Part shown: positions 28,740 through 36,053 of the stretch, piece after piece
How the letters are laid out: each line of letters starts with the position of its first letter
Position numbering within the stretch: position 1 is the first letter of the stretch
Source: an uncultured Eubacteriales bacterium
Lineage (GTDB): Bacteria > Bacillota > Clostridia > Christensenellales > Aristaeellaceae
Length of the DNA stretch: 64,000 bases
Assembly (NCBI GenBank): GCA_948467645.1
Contig: CAOKFD010000003.1
Coordinates: forward strand, 12,481-76,480
Direction of reading: 5' to 3'
Program-made: the position numbers and the translations under genes
The notes under the pieces: model-generated
Told to the model about the DNA's origin: nothing
Databases searched by the model: none
The model's input: only the letters and a program-made list of their open reading frames with translations

Positions 28740-31571
28740 ATGTTCAAATTCGTATTAAACAAAATGCTCAATAAAAAGTGGATGGTGCTCAGCCTGCTGA
28801 TAGGCAATATACTGCTGATCTCCATCGCCTGCGTCAATCCCATGTATACTCAGGCAGTATTGCAGCGAATGCTGACGCGCAATCTGGCCCAGTACATGGA
28901 GGAGAACAACCGTTATCCCGGCACGCTGACAATATCGGCAGTGACCAGCGTGCGCGACGGCAAGGTGCTCAACCAAGCCGACTTCGACGGCGCGCGCGAC
29001 AATTACCTGCACGCCGCCGAGTGGTACGACGTGCCCGCGGTAGAGGGCGTGGAACATTATTACGTATCCAACGTAAACGCCAAGTACGACGTGCCGCGCA
29101 GTGAAAAGAACAATTCGCTTTCCATGCAGTTGGGGCGCATGAGCGACATAGCAGCGCACAGCGCGCTGGTGGGCGGGCGCATGTTTTCGGACACGCGCGA
29201 TTCGGACGGCACAATCGAGGTTATCGCCAGCCAGAGCGCAATGGCCAAGATTGACTTGCTGCTGGACGAAACGATTACGCTGAAGACGATAACCGACGCA
29301 AGCGGCAATCCGGTGCGCCTTAAAATCGTGGGCGTATTCAAAAACAGCGACGCCAGCGACATATACTGGGTGCGCTCCCCCGGCGCGTACTCGAACGAAT
29401 TGTTCATGGCGGACGGCATATTCGACGAGCTGTTTGCAAACCGCACCGATACGGCGTATCAGATAAACGCGGTGTGGTACAGGATGCTGGACTACGAGCA
29501 GATGCGCGGCGACTGTGCGCAGCAGATGTACGATCTGACAATCAAGTTGAAGGAGCAGTTCGGCGATTCATATTCGTTCCGCTTTACGGCGGCGTTTGAA
29601 AACACGCTGGCGAACTACATCGTGCGCGCCAATCAGGTCAATACCACGCTTTGGGTATTGCAGGTGCCGATACTGGTGCTACTGTGCGCGTTCATATTCA
29701 TGGTGTCGCGCCAGATGCTTCAGCTTGAGCAGGGCGAAATTTCCATACTCAAGAGCCGCGGCGCGGCGCGCAGGCAGATCATCACTGTATATCTGATTCA
29801 ATCGCTGGGCATATCGCTTATCAGCTTTATAATCGCTCTGCCTCTGAGCGCATGGCTGTGTCAGGTATTGGGTTCGGCAAACGCGTTTCTGGAGTTTGTG
29901 CGGCGCAAAGCGCTGGTTATCGAGTTTTCGCCCGAAGTATTCATATTCGGTGCGGCGGCGGCGGTATTTTCGATATGCGTGATGGTATTCCCGGTAATGC
30001 GCTATGCCAACGTATCCATCGTCGCGCACAAGCAGCGCAAGAACCGCAAGTCGGAAAAGCCCTTCTGGCAGAAAATATATCTTGACTTCGTGCTGCTGGG
30101 CGTATCGCTGTACGGGCTGTACTCGTTCAACAATCAGAAGGATTTGCTGGCACAGCGCGTGCTGGACGGCGCGTCGCTTGACCCGCTGCTTTTCCTGTGC
30201 TCGTCGCTGTTCATAATCGGCGCGGGATTGGTTGCGCTGCGCATTATTCCCATTATCATATGGCTGATATTCACGGCGTTCAAGCGTCTGTGGAGTCCGG
30301 GGCTGTACGCGTCGTTCCTGCGAGTACTGCGCACGCGTTCCAGTCAGGGCTTTATAATGGTATTCCTGATGCTCACCGTTGCCTTAGGCATATTCAACGC
30401 GCAGACCGCGCGCACGGTCAACACCAATGCCGAGGAACAGGTCGAATACATGGCTGGCGCAGATCTGGTCATGCAGGAGAAGTGGCAGGACAATTCGCAG
30501 TCCATGTCCGACAGCAGCGCAAGCAGCGACGTAAATTACATCGAGCCGGACTTTGGCAAGTACATGAATATAGACGGCGTGGAGAGCGTGACGCGCGTAT
30601 ATCAGTCCTACGACGGCACGGCCACCACCGGCGGCAAGACGATCAAGAACGTACATGTAATGGGCATCAACACGAAGGAGTTTGGCGAGACGGCGTGGTT
30701 CAAGCCTTCCCTCCTCTCCCATCACTGGTACGAGTATCTGAACGCCATGGCACAGAACTCGCGGGCGTTGCTGGTATCCAGTAACTTCCGCGATCTGCAT
30801 GGACTTAAAATCGGCGACGTGATTACTTACAAGCCCGCAAGCTCGGGCAGCGAATCGCTGCGCGGCATAATATACGGGTTTGTAGACTACTGGCCCACGC
30901 ATGCGCCGGTTGTGCAGCAAAAGGGAAATGACGGGTTGTACAGCGAATCGCCCAACTATCTGGTAGTAGGCAACCTGTCCCAGATACAGGCCAGCTGCGG
31001 CGTAAAGCCTTACCAGATATGGATGAAGGTAAACGGCTCGACCAGCTTCATGTACGATTACATCGCCGAGCATAATATTGAGATGACCAGCTTTGCCGAC
31101 ACGTCCGAGGCGTTGGTCGAGAAGAAGAACGACCCGATGTTCCAGGGCACTAACGGCATACTGACTGTGGGCTTCATCGTGGTATTACTTTTGTGCACCA
31201 CCGGATTTTTGATATACTGGATACTGTCGATACAGTCGCGTTCGCTGCAATTCGGCATATTCCGCGCGATGGGCATGTCTCTGCGCGAGATACTGTCGAT
31301 GCTGATAAACGAGCAGATATTCATATCCGGCACGTCGATTGCGACGGGTGCGGCGATCGGCATACTTGCGTCCAAGCTATACATACCGCTGATACAGCTG
31401 GCGTATGCCGCGTCGGACAACGTATTGCCGCTAAGCATTATTACCGATCAAAGCGACTTTGCCAAGCTGTTCAGCGTAATCGGGATAGTGATGCTGATCT
31501 GCATGGTAATACTTGGCGTAATCATATCGCGCATAAAGATTGCTCAGGCGCTGAAGCTGGGCGAGGATTGA
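28740..31571 (+). CDS. ABC transporter permease with two FtsX/MacB-type modules
   Basis: 943 aa with two copies of the unit TM + large extracytoplasmic domain + three-TM FtsX domain (ILKSRGAARRQII... and IFRAMGMSLREIL...). Confidence 0.9.
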   Translation: MFKFVLNKMLNKKWMVLSLLIGNILLISIACVNPMYTQAVLQRMLTRNLAQYMEENNRYPGTLTISAVTSVRDGKVLNQADFDGARDNYLHAAEWYDVPAVEGVEHYYVSNVNAKYDVPRSEKNNSLSMQLGRMSDIAAHSALVGGRMFSDTRDSDGTIEVIASQSAMAKIDLLLDETITLKTITDASGNPVRLKIVGVFKNSDASDIYWVRSPGAYSNELFMADGIFDELFANRTDTAYQINAVWYRMLDYEQMRGDCAQQMYDLTIKLKEQFGDSYSFRFTAAFENTLANYIVRANQVNTTLWVLQVPILVLLCAFIFMVSRQMLQLEQGEISILKSRGAARRQIITVYLIQSLGISLISFIIALPLSAWLCQVLGSANAFLEFVRRKALVIEFSPEVFIFGAAAAVFSICVMVFPVMRYANVSIVAHKQRKNRKSEKPFWQKIYLDFVLLGVSLYGLYSFNNQKDLLAQRVLDGASLDPLLFLCSSLFIIGAGLVALRIIPIIIWLIFTAFKRLWSPGLYASFLRVLRTRSSQGFIMVFLMLTVALGIFNAQTARTVNTNAEEQVEYMAGADLVMQEKWQDNSQSMSDSSASSDVNYIEPDFGKYMNIDGVESVTRVYQSYDGTATTGGKTIKNVHVMGINTKEFGETAWFKPSLLSHHWYEYLNAMAQNSRALLVSSNFRDLHGLKIGDVITYKPASSGSESLRGIIYGFVDYWPTHAPVVQQKGNDGLYSESPNYLVVGNLSQIQASCGVKPYQIWMKVNGSTSFMYDYIAEHNIEMTSFADTSEALVEKKNDPMFQGTNGILTVGFIVVLLLCTTGFLIYWILSIQSRSLQFGIFRAMGMSLREILSMLINEQIFISGTSIATGAAIGILASKLYIPLIQLAYAASDNVLPLSIITDQSDFAKLFSVIGIVMLICMVILGVIISRIKIAQALKLGED

Positions 31572-31581
31572 GGTGGCTGAA

Positions 31582-32256
31582 ATGGCGGACATGCTTAAGA
31601 CAGTTGACGTATCGCGCTGCTTTACCACGGCCGGCAACCAGTTCTGGGCGCTGCGCGACATAAACATTACCGCGCCCGCGGGCAAGCTGACAATACTTAA
31701 AGGGCGTTCAGGCTCGGGCAAGACGACGCTTATGAACATACTGGGGGCGCTGGACAAGCCTACCAATGGGCAGGTATATTTAGGCGGCGAAGACATAGTG
31801 AAGCTGGACGAGCGCAGGCGCGGGCTTATCCGGCGGCGCAGCATCGGGTATGTATTCCAGTCGGTTGCGCTGATACCGATGATGAGTGCATATGAGAATG
31901 TCGAGTATGCGCTGCGGCTTGCTGGGATGCGCAGCGGGCGGCGGGAGCGTGCGAGCGAGTGCCTTAAAATGGTAGGCCTTGGTCAGCGCATGAACCACAT
32001 GCCCCAGGAGATGTCGGGCGGCGAGCAGCAGCGCGTTGCGATTGCGCGTGCGATTGCACACAAGCCGAAAGTCATATTTGCGGACGAGCCGACGGCGGAG
32101 CTGGACACCAACACGGGCTTACAGGTTGTTAAGATATTCAAGGACCTATGTGCGGGCGAAGGGATAACGATAGTAATGACGACGCACGACACGGGGCTGA
32201 TGGAGATCGGCGACATGGTATACGAGCTTCAGGACGGTGAGATAGTTGGAAAATAA
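31582..32256 (+). CDS. ABC transporter ATP-binding protein (MacB/LolD-type)
   Basis: Walker A GRSGSGKTT, signature MSGGEQQRVAIARA, Walker B VIFADEPT, and H-loop TTHD. The ATG at 31582 follows GAGGTGG. A GTG at 31573 is an alternative start. Confidence 0.92.
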   Translation: MADMLKTVDVSRCFTTAGNQFWALRDINITAPAGKLTILKGRSGSGKTTLMNILGALDKPTNGQVYLGGEDIVKLDERRRGLIRRRSIGYVFQSVALIPMMSAYENVEYALRLAGMRSGRRERASECLKMVGLGQRMNHMPQEMSGGEQQRVAIARAIAHKPKVIFADEPTAELDTNTGLQVVKIFKDLCAGEGITIVMTTHDTGLMEIGDMVYELQDGEIVGK

Positions 32257-33196
32257 TCAAAAGACCGAGCCTATAATCACCTGTGAGAATCTGGTGAAGA
32301 TATACAAGACCAAGGACATAGAGGTATTGGCGCTGCAAGGGTTAGAGCTTGAGATTGCGCGCGGCGAGCTGATGGCGATCATTGGCAACAGCGGCAGCGG
32401 CAAGAGCACGTTCCTGAACATGATAGGCGGATTAGACCGGCCGTCGGCGGGGCGGCTTATTGTGGACGGCAAGGATTTATTCAAGCTAAACGAGCGGGAG
32501 TTAGTTGAATACAAGCGATCGACTGTAGGTTTTGTCTGGCAGAACAATGCGCGCAATCTACTCCCCTGGCTATCGGCGTGGCGCAACGTACAGATGCCGA
32601 TGTTATTTGTACGCGGCGCGGCGAAGAAGCAGCGTGCGATTGAACTGCTTGAATTAGTCGGCATGGAGCACAAGCGCAAGAACCGCCTGAACCAGCTATC
32701 GGGCGGCGAGCAGCAGCGCATAGCGATAGCGATAGCGCTTGCGAACAATCCGAAGATACTGCTTGCGGACGAGCCGACAGGTTCGGTAGACGTAAAGACG
32801 TCGAACTATCTCTTAGACGTATTCCGCAAGCTAAACACGGAATTAGGCTTAACGATAGTAATAGTAACGCACGACCGGATGCTTGCGCACAAAGTAAACC
32901 GTGTAGTCTCAATCCGCGACGGCAAGACGTCCTCCGAGCGCATAATGCACTCCTACGCGAAAGAACTAGCGAACGTCCATGGTTTCGACGACCCGGAAGC
33001 GGACACGCACGAAGAATTTGCGGTTCTTGACCGTGCGGGCCGCTTACAAATACCGCGCGAAATGCTGACTCAAATGGGCATAGACGGCAACAAGGTAAAG
33101 CTCGAAATGCGCGACGGGCAGATCGTTATTGAAAAGCCGATTGACCCGGAGAAGGTTACGGTCGAAGATGCGGTTAGCGGGAGCATTGAGGGGTGA
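32246..33196 (+). CDS. ABC transporter ATP-binding protein with a C-terminal AbrB/SpoVT-like extension
   Basis: Walker A GNSGSGKST, signature LSGGEQQRIAIAIA, and Walker B LLADEPT. The extra C-terminal part of about 90 aa contains AGRLQIPREMLTQMGIDGNKVKLEMRDGQIVIEKP. The TTG start overlaps the preceding stop. Confidence 0.9.
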   Translation: MENNQKTEPIITCENLVKIYKTKDIEVLALQGLELEIARGELMAIIGNSGSGKSTFLNMIGGLDRPSAGRLIVDGKDLFKLNERELVEYKRSTVGFVWQNNARNLLPWLSAWRNVQMPMLFVRGAAKKQRAIELLELVGMEHKRKNRLNQLSGGEQQRIAIAIALANNPKILLADEPTGSVDVKTSNYLLDVFRKLNTELGLTIVIVTHDRMLAHKVNRVVSIRDGKTSSERIMHSYAKELANVHGFDDPEADTHEEFAVLDRAGRLQIPREMLTQMGIDGNKVKLEMRDGQIVIEKPIDPEKVTVEDAVSGSIEG

Positions 33197-33655
33197 CGAT
33201 TGGGGGGACGAAGGGGACGTGTTCCTTCTTTTTAGGAAAAAAGAAGGAACCGAAGAAAAACCGATTTTGTCTTTCTCCCGATTAGGTTACTTTCATTCGA
33301 TACATTTGGTTCAGGTTTTCTTTATACGAGAGGCGGCGCGCGATTACCGCTTTACGTTACTTACTTACGCAGAGCCAGCGGCAATTTTGTTTTGTCGCTG
33401 GCTTTTGCTTATCACGCGATTCGTTATCTTGAGCGTTTTGGGATACCGCGCGCAGGGTTTTCTTGTTTAGACAGGTTTCGCCCGCGGTGTGTTCACCGCC
33501 ACGCAAGCGGGGCGGCTCATTCTTGTTTCGGGGCGCTTCCCGCACTTAACCATATATCGAAGTTAAGTGCGGGAAGATACGTTTCGCCCGCGCGGCAGGT
33601 TGTATTCGCAGCGCTTCATTGTCCGCGCCCACCATAAATTGGAGTGGGCGCGGGT
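33185..33655 (+). repeat. intergenic repeat element, copy B (homologous to 7241-7610)
   Basis: Carries the same ordered anchors as copy A: a 12-bp hairpin (33221-33250), CTTTCTCCCGATTAGGTTACTTTC (33271-33294), GAGGCGG (33330), GCTGGCTTTTG (33397), and TTCACCGCC..GGCGGCTCA (33491-33520). It also has a perfect 15-bp hairpin (33536-33576) and a perfect 10-bp hairpin (33623-33653). Confidence 0.75.
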
Positions 33656-33890
33656 GTTACTTTGTATTTATCCGGCTTCTGCATTCGCGGCATCCATACT
33701 TGGAGAGTTGCTATAATAGAAGCTTACACGGGCGTTGTTCTACTGCACATGGTTTGGATTACGTACTTCGCATCCAACTGCCAGATTTAGTTACTGTGGG
33801 CTTTTACAAAAGCACGCACTTTTCCACATCAAAAGGGAGCAGACACGCCGTCCACTCCCCTGCCTTATAATATCTGAACTGTTCCTGCTT

Positions 33891-34553
33891 TTACTGCGCC
33901 TCATCCAGCACCGTCTGATGCTCAGTTTCTATTGCGTCCATCGCGGGCACGGTTTCGTCCTCCAGCCAGAACACCGATATTTCATACACCTGTCTTGTCT
34001 GGGTCGTGCCGTCGGGCAATTGCTTTTCGTACTGTCTGGACTGCAATCTGCCCTTTATATGCAGCTTACAGCCCACCTTTAATTGAGACACATGCCTTGC
34101 CGTTCTGCCCCATGTGATCGAGGGTATATAGTCGCTCTTTCCAAACGATCTATTCACTGCCAGCATCATATCGCATATTTCGCGTCCGAACGGCGTGGTT
34201 CTAAATATCGGTTGCTTACATATCGTGCCATGAAGCTCCACCTGATTATGGTTTTCGTTCAGCTCGCCCACCGTCAGATGCTGCACGAACACCGTGACTA
34301 CCAGTCTGCCCACGCCTTCCACCATGCGATTATACGTGCGCACCTGGCCGTCTATCGATATGGCCGCGCCCGGGCGCACTTCCTCGTCCAGCAGCCTTTC
34401 CGACACGGTCAGCGGCAGATAGTCCGGCACGCCCGACAGTCTGTCCACCTTCAGCACGCAGGTATAGAACATCTCGCCCATCACCTGATGGTCTGGCACG
34501 GGTGCGTCTTCCAGCACGCCTGAAAGCACTATGCGATTGTTGTCACGATCCAT
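33891..34553 (-). CDS. SSB-like protein with two tandem OB folds
   Basis: The C-terminal half matches the SSB pattern (NQVELHGTI...PFGREICDMMLAVNRSFGKSDYIPSITWGRTARHV..LKVGCKLHIKGRLQSRQYEK). The N-terminal half is a diverged OB fold (NRIVLSGVLED...FYTCVLKVDRLSGVPDYLPLTVSERL). RBS is TAGGAGGA. Confidence 0.72.
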   Translation of the reverse strand: MDRDNNRIVLSGVLEDAPVPDHQVMGEMFYTCVLKVDRLSGVPDYLPLTVSERLLDEEVRPGAAISIDGQVRTYNRMVEGVGRLVVTVFVQHLTVGELNENHNQVELHGTICKQPIFRTTPFGREICDMMLAVNRSFGKSDYIPSITWGRTARHVSQLKVGCKLHIKGRLQSRQYEKQLPDGTTQTRQVYEISVFWLEDETVPAMDAIETEHQTVLDEAQ

Positions 34554-34603
34554 ATTATGTCCTCCTATCGCGGGCCTCGCTTATGTTCCCCGCTTGTTTA
34601 TTT

Positions 34604-34746
34604 TAGGGCGTGTCTCAAAAATGAAAATCCGCAAATTCGAGTGGATTTTTCGTCAGTTCAAGGAATAAATCCGAAAGCTTAGCAGCGCTAAGTCGAACCT
34701 TGTGACGCAGAAATGGCGGATCAGGGAATTTTTGAGACACACTCTA
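34604..34746 (+). repeat. MITE-like element, copy 1 (143 bp, imperfect 18-bp terminal inverted repeats)
   Basis: TAGGGCGTGTCTCAAAAA ... TTTTTGAGACACACTCTA. The internal sequence is near-identical to copy 2, including the central hairpin GCTTAGCAGCGCTAAG. Confidence 0.8.
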
Positions 34747-34805
34747 GGTCTTCTACCCGGTTGAGTTTTGCCAGCAGCCGACTTTCGTCGGTTCAGTTGT
34801 ATGTA

Positions 34806-35516
34806 TTAGGCCATCTGCGCGCCCATTTCGCCGCTTATGCCTATCAGCTCCGATACGGTGCATATCTCCAGCCCGCGCGCCAGCATACCGTCCAGCGCAT
34901 CCGGGAGCTGCTCCGGCACGTTTTCGTCGGTCAGGCTCATCAGCACTATGTCGCCCGGGCCTACCGCGTCCAGCGCGGCGCGCATGTCCTGTGCGCTCAG
35001 TGCGGATTGCGCGTCCACGCTCCACAGCACCGCTATCTGGCCGCAGTCGCGCACGCACCCGAGCAGGCTCAGATCCCAGTCGCCGTATGGTGGCCTGAAC
35101 AGCCGCGTCGGCGCGCCGGTGAACGCGCTTATCCGTTCGCTCACGCCCTGTATCTCGCTTATCATGCCTGCGCGCTCCATGCCGGCCATTCGGCTGTGCG
35201 TCACCGAATGACCGCCCACCTCGTGTCCCGCGTCGATGATTGCCTGCACCGCATCGGGATTTCCGTCTATCCAGTAGCCGGTCAGAAAGAACGTCGCCCG
35301 CAGGCCGCGCGCGGAAAGTATGTCCAGCACGTCCCGCGTATAATCCTCGCCCCAGCCGGAATCGAACGTGAGCGCGAGCTTGCCGTCGCTCCGTTTTACC
35401 CGGCTGATTGGCGTCCGTGCATCCCACTGAGCGGCCAGCGACGTTATTGCCGCGCCGCGCCACAATACTGCGATCACCGCAAGCGCTAATACGGCCGCCG
35501 CTATGGCTGTGCGCAC
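34806..35516 (-). CDS. polysaccharide deacetylase (NodB homology) family protein, membrane-anchored
   Basis: TM anchor AIAAAVLALAVIAVLW, then LTFDSGWGEDYTRDVLDILSARGLRATFFLTGYW and HEVGGHSVTH motifs. The first canonical start is the GTG at 35516, but the strong AAGGAGG at 35546-35552 is positioned for an ACG codon at 35537. Confidence 0.85.
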   Translation of the reverse strand: MRTAIAAAVLALAVIAVLWRGAAITSLAAQWDARTPISRVKRSDGKLALTFDSGWGEDYTRDVLDILSARGLRATFFLTGYWIDGNPDAVQAIIDAGHEVGGHSVTHSRMAGMERAGMISEIQGVSERISAFTGAPTRLFRPPYGDWDLSLLGCVRDCGQIAVLWSVDAQSALSAQDMRAALDAVGPGDIVLMSLTDENVPEQLPDALDGMLARGLEICTVSELIGISGEMGAQMA

Positions 35517-35724
35517 CGCGCGGATGTTGCTTTTCGTCGCTGCCGCCTCCTTCCCCGGGATTTTTCGGACATAATATCTTTATGCGGGTTGGCGGGCATA
35601 TATACCTGTTTATTTTAATTTTGCGATTTTTTCGTTATTCGATTTGTATGTATTGATTTTGAAAGCAAAGAAGCACCCATCGGACGGCGAAATATGTTCG
35701 TCTGCCGATGGGTGCCATGTGTTT

Positions 35725-35888
35725 TAGAGTGTGTCTCAAAAAGGGAAATCCGCAAGTTCGAGTGGATTTTGCGTCAGTTCAAGGAAGAAACCCGAAGGCT
35801 TAGCAGCGCTAAGTCGAGGGTTGATGACGCAGAAATGGCGCAGCGACGCCCGAAATTGCGGATTAAGGAATTTTTGAGACACACTCTA
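35725..35888 (+). repeat. MITE-like element, copy 2 (164 bp, perfect 18-bp terminal inverted repeats)
   Basis: TAGAGTGTGTCTCAAAAA ... TTTTTGAGACACACTCTA. It has the same orientation as copy 1 and carries a 21-nt insertion relative to it. Confidence 0.8.
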
Positions 35889-36053
35889 GTATTCAGTTCA
35901 AGCAGAAAGGCGTTGCGTTAGCTGCTTTCTGCGTAAAAGTCGATTGTTCTTCGTTTCATATCGAAGCGCAAGCATCCAGTTTACCTTAGCCAGTTCGAGA
36001 TTACACCTGAACTGATTAAGATGCATAACGCTAAAGCCTTGTTCAGGCAAAGC

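Noticed and set aside
33221-33653. Several hairpins and inverted repeats considered as a degenerate CRISPR array or attachment sites.
   Set aside because: There are no direct repeats at regular spacing, and no spacers, cas genes or integrase genes. The hairpins are different sequences.
35694-35921. 75-aa ORF spanning MITE-like copy 2.
   Set aside because: The homologous copy 1 has no equivalent open frame, and the 21-nt indel and point differences do not respect a reading frame. The ORF is a by-product of the repeat.
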